Shown one piece after another: positions 9,321-18,998 of a stretch of DNA of 64,000 nucleotides (the first letter of the stretch is position 1; each line of letters opens with the position of its first letter). The position numbers and the translations under genes are program-made. This DNA is from Candidatus Thorarchaeota archaeon (GTDB lineage: Archaea > Asgardarchaeota > Thorarchaeia > Thorarchaeales > Thorarchaeaceae). Location: contig DXJO01000001.1 in NCBI GenBank assembly GCA_019057475.1, positions 1 through 64,000 of the forward strand, in the 5' to 3' direction. The notes beneath the pieces were generated by a model, which saw only the letters and a list, made by a program, of their open reading frames with translations, made no database searches and was not told the DNA's origin.

Positions 9321-10799
9321 TCATGGCCTCGCGCGCACACGCAGCGAGTCGAGTATCTTCTCGAACTCTGGGATCCTCAGCCCCGTCCTCGCGATCAGGA
9401 TATCGTAAACCCTCTGGATATGTCCCTCAGCCTCTCTCATCAACTCTACCGTCTCAGGTCGCATACCCATCTCCTCCGCCCCGCATGTGAGAGATACGGC
9501 GAAATCGGTGATCCTCCTGAGGACGGACAACACCTCGAAGTACTCGTAGTTTCGGACCTCACTCCCCGAGATCCTCTCATACGCTCTTAGGATAGTTTCT
9601 CTCAGGGATGGGTCCCAGAAGGTGCTGGCGAGGAGTATGCTCCAGGCGAGGTCGTCCCTGAGGTCCCCGACAGTGGCCGTCCCCCAGTCGATGACGACGG
9701 GGGAGCCGTCCACCCTGAGCATGATGTTCATCGGTCCAAAGTCCTTGTGGATGACCGAGGGCTTCTCCGGGGAAACACTCGACTTACGCTCATCCAGCCA
9801 TCTGATTAAGGGATCTAGCCAACCGATTCTGCTCTGCGCCGTCCTATCTTCATACCATTTGAGAACCTCGTCTATGTAGCCTATCGTGGTCGTACCCTCT
9901 CTGCCGGGGAACACCAGCGACACGTCCAGGCTGTGGAGGTCGACGAACAGCTTCATGAACATGCCCATGAGCTGCTCAAGCCTCTCCTCTGAGCCCACTC
10001 GGAGCTCATCCACCATGTTCCGCCCTTTGACCCGCTCCATGATGATGAAGGGCTTCCCCAAGTCGATCCCATCTGTATCAAGTTGGTAAACCTCCGGAAC
10101 CGGATAGCCGGCTTCAAGCAGTCTGCTAATCACCCTGAACTCATGGGCGGCCTTTTCTGCGGAGTTGAACCCGGGATAGAGCCTAATCACACGCTCTTCT
10201 CTGACTTGTCGCCCGTCTTCCTCGAACTCGATGATGAAGGTGTGGAGCTCGGTCTCCCACCCAGAGGTTATGTCCTCGACCTCAGAGATGGTTAGATTAA
10301 TTTTTTCAGGGTACTTCTGAATGTAGTAACTGGAAAGGCCTTCGGCGGTTAGGGTCAATTTACCTTTCTCTGATAGGATATCCTTTGATTCCTCTAGAGA
10401 TTTTTTCAATCTTTTCTCGCATTCTTTTTGGAGCCAAAGCCAACTGCGAAGGTACCATTCACTACTCCAAGTATCCATTTGTTCTTCAACCCATTTCACT
10501 GGTCCGACAGCCTTACGTCTTCTCAAATTTTCTATAACTGGCAAATGGTGCAGCCAAACAGGGCTATGGCAGAACATTATAAGAGCTGAACAGGGAAATT
10601 CTTCACATTCGGAACAGGCTTTGTTGTTTCTCTGTTCAACGCAACATTTGTAAACATTACACCTTTCATGATGCCCTGAAGAGTCACATCCTCCACAGTC
10701 ACATCCGCAGCCATGACAGCTCTTGTAAATTAGATAATCTATGCAAGCCCCACAATACAGACCGCAGGGCGCGGCAAGCTTGTTTTCTTCAACTTTCAA
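9321..10799 (-). CDS. Fusion of a DUF3795-like Cys-rich domain and an aminoglycoside-phosphotransferase (APH/choline kinase)-like domain
   Basis: APCGLYCGAC...CCVEQ...CSECEEFPC N-terminus; PVPEVY, IIMERVKG, IHKDFGPMNI, VIDWG kinase motifs. Confidence 0.8.
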   Translation of the reverse strand: MKVEENKLAAPCGLYCGACIDYLIYKSCHGCGCDCGGCDSSGHHERCNVYKCCVEQRNNKACSECEEFPCSALIMFCHSPVWLHHLPVIENLRRRKAVGPVKWVEEQMDTWSSEWYLRSWLWLQKECEKRLKKSLEESKDILSEKGKLTLTAEGLSSYYIQKYPEKINLTISEVEDITSGWETELHTFIIEFEEDGRQVREERVIRLYPGFNSAEKAAHEFRVISRLLEAGYPVPEVYQLDTDGIDLGKPFIIMERVKGRNMVDELRVGSEERLEQLMGMFMKLFVDLHSLDVSLVFPGREGTTTIGYIDEVLKWYEDRTAQSRIGWLDPLIRWLDERKSSVSPEKPSVIHKDFGPMNIMLRVDGSPVVIDWGTATVGDLRDDLAWSILLASTFWDPSLRETILRAYERISGSEVRNYEYFEVLSVLRRITDFAVSLTCGAEEMGMRPETVELMREAEGHIQRVYDILIARTGLRIPEFEKILDSLRVRARP

Positions 10800-10892
10800 T
10801 ATCGTTCTCCCTCGTGCGAGGTCATATTAGTTCCTCCAATATGACGCGCGCGCAAGTCTAATAAAAGATAATCATACATTAATAAGATTAAA

Positions 10893-11300
10893 ATGGTAAA
10901 AACTGAGTATTTCATCGATCCCGATAAGGCACCAAAGTTTACTCAGATAGAAGGATTGGAGACCACAATCCTCACCGGGCTATATGGGGAGAGTATGATG
11001 ATGGTCTTCAATGCAACCCTACCAGGTCATGAGGTTCCGATCCACAGCCACCCCAACGAGCAGGTCGGCGTAGTATATAACGGGGAAGCCATCCTAAGGA
11101 TTGGCGAAGAGGAGAGACACGTGAAAAAGGGAGACCTTTACTGCATACCAGCAGATGTGCCTCATGGCGATACTGTAATCGGTGACGAATCTTTCGTGAT
11201 GCTAGATATCTTCTACCCGGTAAGGGAAGATTTTATCGCTAGAGTTGCGCGCACGCCCATCGAGGAGGTCTTCTCCTTCGAGGATGAAGAAATAAAATAG
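10893..11300 (+). CDS. Cupin-domain protein
   Basis: PIHSHPNEQVG and IPADVPHG metal-binding motifs; DIFYPVREDF. Confidence 0.9.
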   Translation: MVKTEYFIDPDKAPKFTQIEGLETTILTGLYGESMMMVFNATLPGHEVPIHSHPNEQVGVVYNGEAILRIGEEERHVKKGDLYCIPADVPHGDTVIGDESFVMLDIFYPVREDFIARVARTPIEEVFSFEDEEIK

Positions 11301-11338
11301 CTTATCTTACTACACAGTAGGATGGAGCGCATTCGATG

Positions 11339-11630
11339 TTATATTAGTTCTCCAAGTATAGATATCATGCTCAATACTTTAGATAGGATGTCCGTATAGG
11401 TTATTATGCCTACGAGTTTCTCCTTCTTCATGACTGGTATCTTCCTGACCCGCTTCTCCGCCATGATTTTAACCACCTCAGCCAAGCTCGCGGACTCGCA
11501 TATCGTCATCACCGGGCTAGTCATGATTTGCCTTGCTGCAATGGTTTCCGGGGATAGACAAGGCTCAACTACCCTCCTGAGGACATCGCGTTCGGATATC
11601 ACACCGACCGACTTCTCGTCCGTTGAATCA
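11339..11630 (-). pseudogene. CBS-domain protein, 5' truncated
   Basis: GVISERDVLRRV...IMTSPVMTI...VRKIPVMKKEKLVGIITYTDIL; first half of the CBS pair is missing. Confidence 0.7.
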
Positions 11631-11686
11631 ACTTGAGCCCCTTACTGGCATTCTGCATTCATTGGTCCGGAGTGGGTCATTAGGCT

Positions 11687-13000
11687 CTACCTGGTTATGT
11701 CAAGCTGCATAAGTTTCATGCATGTTTCAGTCCGTTCCTCAACTATCCTCGCACGATGCGAATTTCTGAAACGGAGCTTAACCTCATCTGTATACAGCTC
11801 GGACCTCTTTCCTCTATACTCACCGAACACGTATCCAATCTTCTCTAGCTCCACAACGCCGTATAGCAATGACAGGCCAACTAGGAGAACAACGAAGCTC
11901 CTGTCGGTAGCGTCCATGGTCCGGGTTATCTTACTAGGAAGCACAAGAATCGTCCCGCCTACATCTTGGGCTAGCTCACAGAAATCGTACATGTTCTTAT
12001 CCGCGGACACAAGATTCACGCTCACACCCCGTTCGTGAGCGAATTTCTCCAGTTCATCGACGATCAGATGGTCAACATCTTCCTTGTCCTTGGGGAGATC
12101 TACTCGGCGCGTTTCCTCGTGTGTTGGCCGCTTCATGAATTTGGTCAGTTCGGACTTGGCCATCTTGGCAACCCTTGTTTCGAGAGTGTTCTGACCAACG
12201 AACTCATTAATCAAGGAGCCCAAATTGCGGGAATTGTAGTAATCCCGCGCATCATGGATTTCTCGTGATTTGTACTTCCGTTTGATCTTATCCTGAATCT
12301 CCTTCACAACTGGGAAGGCAGTAACACAGACTACATCTTTCGGTGGTATACTAAGCTGTGTTTCCAGTTTCGCAAGGTAAGAGGGAAAACCATTGTAGTG
12401 CATATTTGAATCAAGCGAGAGAACGGCTTTTCGTACTCCACTAGTGAAGTCGGGGGACTTGCAGAGTTTCTTTGTCAACAGATTGTGGAATCTATCTCTG
12501 TTCTGATAGTCTATGAAACCACAGAAGCACAGACATCTTCGGAGGTCCGAGTAAGTCGGATGATCCCATCCGCGGTAACCATTAGCATCGCGCTTCTCTC
12601 CGTAGTCCATCGAGTCTGTTAGCATCGTGACTTTCCCATCCCGAATGCTCAGTTCGAGAAGGTCAACACCAAATAACGGTGCCTTCACTCTGATCCGCTC
12701 GCCGCGCCTATAGGCCTGATTGAGAACAATCATCACACAGTCCCTTGACAAGAGCATATCGGTGAGCTTGCTTTCGGACTCAAATTCAACAGTAGCGCTC
12801 TGGACTTCATTTGTGACTAGGTCAATGAGTTTCTGGATCCTTTCTGGAATCATCAGATAGGGCTTAGCTACTCCCTCAACTGTTTCGATTGCATGGTAGT
12901 AGACGTGGTCAAGACCTTGGTCTTTCAGAGCGAGTAGACTGCCGACCACAAGTGCTTTTCGTCCGCCTGTGATATCTACCGCGACTTCTTTGGAGCCGCA
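11687..13000 (-). CDS. CARF-domain plus PIN-domain protein, N-terminus apparently truncated
   Basis: VAVDITGGRKAL (CARF motif); LSLDSN, DVDHLIVDE, LVSADKNM (PIN acidic motifs); the ORF-track N-terminal ~50 aa is antisense to the neighbouring gene. Confidence 0.65.
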   Translation of the reverse strand, partial: CGSKEVAVDITGGRKALVVGSLLALKDQGLDHVYYHAIETVEGVAKPYLMIPERIQKLIDLVTNEVQSATVEFESESKLTDMLLSRDCVMIVLNQAYRRGERIRVKAPLFGVDLLELSIRDGKVTMLTDSMDYGEKRDANGYRGWDHPTYSDLRRCLCFCGFIDYQNRDRFHNLLTKKLCKSPDFTSGVRKAVLSLDSNMHYNGFPSYLAKLETQLSIPPKDVVCVTAFPVVKEIQDKIKRKYKSREIHDARDYYNSRNLGSLINEFVGQNTLETRVAKMAKSELTKFMKRPTHEETRRVDLPKDKEDVDHLIVDELEKFAHERGVSVNLVSADKNMYDFCELAQDVGGTILVLPSKITRTMDATDRSFVVLLVGLSLLYGVVELEKIGYVFGEYRGKRSELYTDEVKLRFRNSHRARIVEERTETCMKLMQLDITR

Positions 13001-13033
13001 CAGGAGGGATTCAGAGATGATACTGCGGCCTTT

Positions 13034-13930
13034 GTGGTTCCGCCTGGGGACCTGAAGTTCGTGCTGTGGGCACTGGAAAAACTGGTTCAAGGCGACGGTA
13101 ATGCATTCATTTACTTGGTGATGGCAGCTGCGGTTTGCCGTGAGAAACCCCCAGCCTTTCATTTGGACACGGTTGGGGTTGATAAGAGCGCTCTCAGCGT
13201 CATCTTCAAGGTTTCGGAAACAATGGCCGAGGCTCTTTCACAGGCAGGTGTCTTCGTGGAGGGGGAAGTGCCGCATTACTACGATGTCGCACACATGTGT
13301 CTGAGGAACAAAGAAGTCATCAGCATGGGATACTTGTATCTCACGGATAGGCGTCTGATATGTGTGGGAGGACTGCAGGGTCCATTAACCCACGACTCCA
13401 CAGCGTACAGAATCCTCTACGATGACCGAAAGTCCCAGCCCTACTTGGGATCACTGGACTACATCTACCTAGACAAGATTCGGGGTATTCGTTCAGACTA
13501 TGGCCTCCTGAAGAAACAGGTCAGCGTTGAGTACCATACGAAGTACATTAAGGAGAAGGGACGCACGCTCTACGGCCCTCTCTTCTTTAAGATGGACCTT
13601 GCCACCAAGACCAGTGTCTAGGAGGGGCCCGTCGATGTACTCATTCAGATTACAGAGCCCATGGACACACGGAAAGTGCGACAAGAAGAACTGCTGAGAA
13701 GGATTGAGCGTTTAATAAAGTAGCAACAATGCCTGTATAGTCCAGTGATTCCCTTTCTTTTGTCAATGCTGACAGACCAACAGATGTTTGACCTGGACGA
13801 GCTGAACCAGCAGTGGTACGAGTATGATGAATACTGGTCAGAAGTCCAACAAACGACTCCAAAGGTTGACAAGCTGATAGCTGAGTTCAATGAAAAGGTG
13901 GGCCTAGTCTAGACCAAGAACATCTGGTGA
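13034..13930 (+). pseudogene. Fragmentary protein with PH/GRAM-like segment, interrupted by in-frame TAG codons
   Basis: GYLYLTDRRLI motif; same frame stays open apart from TAG at 13619, 13721 and 13910 until TGA at 13928. Confidence 0.5.
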
Positions 13931-13948
13931 GTGTTGCTCAAGGGGCTC

Positions 13949-13965
13949 TTCTCACATGATGAGAT
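13949..13965. promoter_or_regulatory. TTCTCA-N5-TGAGA operator-like site upstream of the wHTH regulator
   Basis: Same arms and spacing as the site at 14771-14787. Confidence 0.5.
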
Positions 13966-14020
13966 AAGAAAGATACCAAGCGGAACTGTTATACTCCACT
14001 GTGAGATTCTACTCTAGGTA

Positions 14021-14701
14021 GTGCTGGCCATGCGACGCGATGAACCCCAGAAGCAATGCGAGAGTCAGGATGTTCTGACCTTCAAGCCCGCACCTGTCAA
14101 GATAGTTCAGAACAGCTGTGGAATTGAGTTGCTCGGAGACCCCAATTACTACCTTGTTGTTAAGGTTCTTCGCGAGGGTCCGATGACCGTTCGAGAGATT
14201 GAAAAGGCGTATAACAAGGCGGCGGCGAAGAGCGATAACTACGAGCCTAAGTCTGACAAGACAATCTATCGGTACTTGAAGAACCTGGAGATTGGAGGTC
14301 TCGTAGTCCCTGCTGGCAAGAGAGTCGTATTTGACAAGACCGCCACTGAAACGCTCTTCTCACGTACCGCGCGCATCTTCCTCACGCAGGACGAACCTTC
14401 ATCGTGGTGGAAATCGGACAAGGGGCGGCAGTTTGCACAGCAGATGGCAAGAGTTCTAAAACCGCTTCATGGCAATAAGGAGCCTTCCATCAAGTGCCTG
14501 ACTAACTTCTTCATTCAATTTGAAAAGGCAAAGGAAGCCGAGATTGCCAGACTTGTGGCAGAGGGTGATGAGGAATCACTGGAACATCTTACGTCAGGCG
14601 AGTGGAAGGATGCAGTGAAAGCTATAGATAGTTTGAAGATCATCAGCATACTCTTGAGCCGACCAGACCTTGTTGAGGATCTTCGAAAGTGCTTCGAATG
14701 A
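14021..14701 (+). CDS. ArsR-like winged-helix transcriptional regulator
   Basis: VVKVLREGPMTVREI...KSDKTIYRYLKNLEIGGLV...TETLFSRTARIF. Confidence 0.8.
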   Translation: MLAMRRDEPQKQCESQDVLTFKPAPVKIVQNSCGIELLGDPNYYLVVKVLREGPMTVREIEKAYNKAAAKSDNYEPKSDKTIYRYLKNLEIGGLVVPAGKRVVFDKTATETLFSRTARIFLTQDEPSSWWKSDKGRQFAQQMARVLKPLHGNKEPSIKCLTNFFIQFEKAKEAEIARLVAEGDEESLEHLTSGEWKDAVKAIDSLKIISILLSRPDLVEDLRKCFE

Positions 14702-14760
14702 TAACACTCTACTAGGATGGCTTGGTAGTTCTCTTAGTCCGATAGCCTTATATTAGGGCA

Positions 14761-14799
14761 TGAGATTACGTTCTCAATAACTGAGAAAATTGATTCTCA
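14761..14799. promoter_or_regulatory. Tandem TGAGA/TTCTCA inverted-repeat operator array just downstream of a TATA-like box
   Basis: TGAGA 14761, TTCTCA 14771, TGAGAA 14782, TTCTCA 14794; CCTTATATT about 10 bp upstream. Confidence 0.6.
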
Positions 14800-14982
14800 A
14801 GAGGCTAAAGGTGAGCCGTAGCTATGCGTGTAGGATTACACATAGGAACGTTTGACTGGCTGGGAAGTCCTATCAATATTGGTGAAACGGTAGCTGAGAT
14901 GGAGGTCTTTGGGGATGAAATCATACCGGTTGTATCCAAGTTCTGAATTCAGCTCAGACATAGCACGGGCGGTAGAACAATC

Positions 14983-15924
14983 ATGAAAGTTGTCTATAGA
15001 CATTACGAACCTAATCAGGGATTGGAAGAAATGCAGGCCAAGATCTATACTGAGCTCTCCGGGCTTCCCGCGACAGCAGAACAGATCAGAGAGCGAAATA
15101 TCAGAAGAGATCCAAGAACAACACGTTATGTCCTGACGGAAAAAGGCGAACCATTGGCATACATCACAGCAAGGGATGCCGGTAGCCATGTGGGCAGGAC
15201 CTACATGGGTTATCCGTGGGCTCTGCCTAGTTGCCCAATTGAAGCGCAGGAGAGAATATTCAATGACCTTTTGGATTACTTGATGAAGCGGAAAGAAACT
15301 CAGGAAATCGCTACAACTGTTGTCTTGGCCTCTAAAAATGCGCAGAATCATTTCGACTACTTCCGGAGGAAAGGCTTCGCAGTGAAGGAGAATTTCTTCC
15401 GATACTCCAAGGACTTCGACGCAACGGAAACCAGCAAGTGGGAGATGACGGATGAAGTCAGGTCTTTTACCAGCCGCTTGGTCACTAATGAGGATGTCAA
15501 CCAGCTGATTGAATTATGTTTGGCTGACCCTTTCCTAGGAGGTTTCTTGTCTTCCGAGGAAGCGGTGAGGGCGTATATCGAGCAAAGAGCTCTCAAAGAT
15601 GGACATGCCATGTTGGTTCTCAATGAAGGTCAGGTTGTTGCTGCAGGAGCGCTTGCCAAGGCTCAACCAGATGGATTCTATCTCGATGGGGATGAAGAGC
15701 GAATCATGATGAGATTCTCAGTGACACGGCCGGGATATCCTCAAGCGTGGAGGAGGCTGCTAATTGGACTAGCAAAGGAATGCCTAGCTGCTGGATGGGC
15801 TGACATACCATTGAGAGTTACATCTTTTCTCTTTTCAGGAAATGGAACTGCAGCGAATCTAGCACAAGTTACACCAGGTCTTGAGATAATCGAGGTAATT
15901 ATGACTCTTGGGAAAGGAGATTAG
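14983..15924 (+). CDS. Tandem GNAT-like fold protein
   Basis: 313-aa ORF; alternating alpha/beta pattern with FRRKGF and VVAAG motifs; family inferred. Confidence 0.5.
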   Translation: MKVVYRHYEPNQGLEEMQAKIYTELSGLPATAEQIRERNIRRDPRTTRYVLTEKGEPLAYITARDAGSHVGRTYMGYPWALPSCPIEAQERIFNDLLDYLMKRKETQEIATTVVLASKNAQNHFDYFRRKGFAVKENFFRYSKDFDATETSKWEMTDEVRSFTSRLVTNEDVNQLIELCLADPFLGGFLSSEEAVRAYIEQRALKDGHAMLVLNEGQVVAAGALAKAQPDGFYLDGDEERIMMRFSVTRPGYPQAWRRLLIGLAKECLAAGWADIPLRVTSFLFSGNGTAANLAQVTPGLEIIEVIMTLGKGD

Positions 15925-16017
15925 GGGATTGAACTTGCGAGTAAGGAAGTCAACTAATGCACTAGAAGTAACCAGTCAAGGATTTGGCTTGAGATGACAT
16001 CGGAAAGGTTGGATACC

Positions 16018-16584
16018 ATGAATGATAGCAATGGAATGCGAGTGCTAGGAATCGTTGGAAGTCCTCGGCGTGGCGGCAACACCGACATTCTAATTGATGA
16101 AGTTCTCGCAGGCGCGGAGGAGGTTGGTGCTCTTGTCGAGAAAGTGTTTCTGAATGAGGTGAATATGGCTTTTTGCCAGGGCTGCGAAACCTGTCAACAA
16201 ACAGGAGAGTGCGTTCAACAGGATGACATGCAAATGATATTCCATAAAATGTCACAGAGTCATGTTTTGGTAATTGGTTCACCAGTTTATTACAATGGAC
16301 CTACTGGTCAGTCCAAGGTGTTCATTGACAGATGGTACGGTGCGAAGAAGGGCACTTTCGCTGGGCAGAGCGTGATTCTTGTTGTGCCATTCGCAGCAGC
16401 AAACGCAAGTGTTGCATCTCATACTGTGGGAATCCTCAACTCCGCTGTAAACGGATCGAAATTGAAGCTTTTTGAAACGTTAATTGTGCCCGGTGTTTGG
16501 GATTCGGGTGCGGTACGGAAACACGTCAACATACTGGCAAAAGGTCGTCGTGCAGGAAGGGAGGCGATTGAGAAACTTGGCTAG
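16018..16584 (+). CDS. Flavodoxin family (iron-sulfur flavoprotein / NADPH-dependent FMN reductase)
   Basis: GSPRRGGNT, CQGCETC....C, GSPVYY, FIDR. Confidence 0.9.
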   Translation: MNDSNGMRVLGIVGSPRRGGNTDILIDEVLAGAEEVGALVEKVFLNEVNMAFCQGCETCQQTGECVQQDDMQMIFHKMSQSHVLVIGSPVYYNGPTGQSKVFIDRWYGAKKGTFAGQSVILVVPFAAANASVASHTVGILNSAVNGSKLKLFETLIVPGVWDSGAVRKHVNILAKGRRAGREAIEKLG

Positions 16585-16588
16585 AGAG

Positions 16589-17644
16589 ATGATGGATATG
16601 AAAAATGTTGATGAAAGAAGTATGACAATTCGAACTCGTAAACTTGGAAAAAGTGGTATAGAAGTTAGTGCAATTGGATTAGGTTGCTGGGCTATAGGTG
16701 GGCCTCTTTGGTACCTAAGAGACGGTGAGCGTCTTCCCTTGAGCTGGGGTAAGGTTGATGATAAAGAATCTATCCGAACCATCCATCGAGCACTTGATCT
16801 GGGAATAACCCTTTTTGATACAGCTGATGCATATGGTTGTGGTCACAGTGAGCGAATTCTGGGTCAAGCTCTGGAAGGTAGACGAGAGGATGTAATCATT
16901 GCTACTAAATTCGGTTCGATATTTGATGAAACAACTAAGACTTGGCTTGGTCACTCTCATCCTAATGGGATTATTACACAAGAATTCCTCCGAAAAGCCT
17001 GTGAAGCCAGTCTGAAACGCCTCAATACAGACTATATTGATTTGTATCAGCTCCATTGGAAAGATTATGATGCTGACCTAGCGACTGGTTTGTTACCCGT
17101 TTTAGAAGATTTAGTTAGTGAAGGGAAAATTCGTTATTACGGATGGAGTACACCCGATTCAAAACGATTACAGGGATTTGTTGAGGGTTCCCATTGTACA
17201 GCAATTCAGTATAACTATAACATACTCGAACGAAATCCAAACATGCTGGCTCTTTGTGAAAAGCTCAACCAAGCCAGTATTGCACGGGGACCATTCGCTA
17301 TGGGACTTCTTACTGGGAAGTACAGTAAGGAATCGAAGATAGCTAAAGACGATTTGCGTCATAGCTGGTGGAACTTGCAGGATGGACGCCAAGCAAAACA
17401 GCTAGAAATGTTAGAAGCAATCCGCGAAATAATCACTTACAATGGTCGTACAATGGTTCAAGCTGCCCTAGGTTGGCTCTTAGCACTTAGTCATCATGTT
17501 ATCCCCATTCCAGGTTTTAAAACTATGAAGCAGGTAGAAGAGAATATAGAAACGCTCCAGTTTGGTCCCTTGACAAAGGAGCAAATGCATGAAATTGATC
17601 AGATTCTGGAAAATTATTCTTATGATTTAGTCCTACCGGATTAG
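16589..17644 (+). CDS. Aldo-keto reductase
   Basis: LGKSGIEVSAIGLGCW, FDTADAYGCGHSE, SLKRLNTDYIDLYQLH, IPIPG. Confidence 0.95.
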   Translation: MMDMKNVDERSMTIRTRKLGKSGIEVSAIGLGCWAIGGPLWYLRDGERLPLSWGKVDDKESIRTIHRALDLGITLFDTADAYGCGHSERILGQALEGRREDVIIATKFGSIFDETTKTWLGHSHPNGIITQEFLRKACEASLKRLNTDYIDLYQLHWKDYDADLATGLLPVLEDLVSEGKIRYYGWSTPDSKRLQGFVEGSHCTAIQYNYNILERNPNMLALCEKLNQASIARGPFAMGLLTGKYSKESKIAKDDLRHSWWNLQDGRQAKQLEMLEAIREIITYNGRTMVQAALGWLLALSHHVIPIPGFKTMKQVEENIETLQFGPLTKEQMHEIDQILENYSYDLVLPD

Positions 17645-17678
17645 AAGGTTGATATCAATTTCAAATGAGTGAAGAAAA

Positions 17679-17929
17679 ATGAAAACTGTGGAACTTGGCA
17701 AAACCGGCCTAAAGGTTTCTAGGATAGGAATGGGCAGCACTCAGGATTTGGTATGCCTACGAAGGAGCAGGCCCGGATACAGGGTCGGTCGTTCTCTCTG
17801 GCACGCTTTGATTGGCCCGGTAGTCCACGGAATGCGGGCCCGAAATTGGGCCCCTACCGGCTGCTTATATGGGAGCTCATCAAGGAGAACTACGACTTCT
17901 TCAAGGGGGAAATCGGGCAGGACGTGTAA
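17679..17929 (+). pseudogene. Chimeric remnant: AKR N-terminus, LLM N-terminus and AKR C-terminus
   Basis: MKTVELGKTGLKVSRIGMG; FDWPGSPRNAGPKL; PYRLLIWELIKENYDFFK, each matching part of a neighbouring intact gene. Confidence 0.7.
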
Positions 17930-17932
17930 AGA

Positions 17933-18868
17933 GTGAAAGTGGGGTTCCAACTACCATACTTCGACTGGCCCGGGGCACCGGAAACCACCGCACCGAAGCT
18001 GAGGGAGATAGCAAAGGCCGTGGAAACCGCGGGGTTCAGTAGCTTCTGGGTGATGGACCACCTCTTCCAGCTCGGAGGAGCTTTTGGGGAGAAGACCGCG
18101 CCACTACCTGAAGCCTACAGCACTCTGAGCTACGTGGCAGGACTCACGAAGAGGATCAAACTCGGCGTTCTAGTCACCAACAACATTCTCCGGTATCCCA
18201 GTATGCTCGTGAAGATGGTAACTACGCTGGACGTGCTGTCAGGGGGCAGGATGTACCTCGGCATCGGACCGGGCGGAATGGTGGAGCGCGAGATCGTGGG
18301 ATACGGCATCCCCCGCCCACCGCTTAAGGAGCGGATCTCAAGGCTCGAGGAGACCCTCCGGATATTCAAGCACATGTGGAGCGATGACAGGAGCCCGTTC
18401 AGGGGCAGGTACTACCAGCTAGAGGAGCCCATCTGCAGCCCCCAGCCAATCAGCATGCCACACCCTCCGATACTCATAGGCATGTGGAAGGGAGGATCTA
18501 GGATGCTCAGGATATCAGCCAAGTACGCGGACGCGGTGAACCTACAGTTCGGGTCGCCCCTACCAGAGTTCCAAGACTGGATGCATGAGAAGTACGAGGA
18601 ACGAAGGACATTCATCCCTGACACGCTGGGAAAGCTTAGGCGCCTATGCGAGGAGCACGGGAGGGACTACGACAGCATAGAGAAGACCATCCTCGGGACA
18701 GTGAGGATAGCGCCCGATGCCATGACGGCGGAGGATGTGTTGGACATCTGTGTGGAGCTAGGTGAGCTCGGCATCGAGCAGGTGATACTGAACATGCCTA
18801 ACGGCCATGAGATCAAGCCCATCGAGACCATCGGGAAGGAGATCATCCCACGTGTGAGTAATCTATAA
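17933..18868 (+). CDS. Luciferase-like (LLM) flavin/F420-dependent oxidoreductase
   Basis: GFSSFWVMDHLFQ, TLDVLSGGR.YLGIG, PHPPILIG; visibly GC-richer than its neighbours. Confidence 0.92.
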   Translation: MKVGFQLPYFDWPGAPETTAPKLREIAKAVETAGFSSFWVMDHLFQLGGAFGEKTAPLPEAYSTLSYVAGLTKRIKLGVLVTNNILRYPSMLVKMVTTLDVLSGGRMYLGIGPGGMVEREIVGYGIPRPPLKERISRLEETLRIFKHMWSDDRSPFRGRYYQLEEPICSPQPISMPHPPILIGMWKGGSRMLRISAKYADAVNLQFGSPLPEFQDWMHEKYEERRTFIPDTLGKLRRLCEEHGRDYDSIEKTILGTVRIAPDAMTAEDVLDICVELGELGIEQVILNMPNGHEIKPIETIGKEIIPRVSNL

Positions 18869-18886
18869 GGTATGACAGGTGCTACT

Positions 18887-18979
18887 ATGCCTATTGAATT
18901 ACAGATAACGGAATCCGATTGGCCAAACACAGACAACCTTGGTGAGAAACTGGCAGAGATAGCAAGAACGGCGGATTAG
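18887..18979 (+). pseudogene. LLM oxidoreductase N-terminal fragment
   Basis: MPIELQITESDWPNTDNLGEKLAEIARTAD resembles the N-terminus of the upstream LLM protein. Confidence 0.55.
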
Positions 18980-18998
18980 TTTGGAAGTGTTGGATTTC

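Noticed and set aside
9331-11252. GCGCGC hexamers at several island junctions (about 2247, 9331, 10846, 11247) as a recombination signal
   Set aside because: The hexamer also occurs inside core genes and the count is not above chance expectation.
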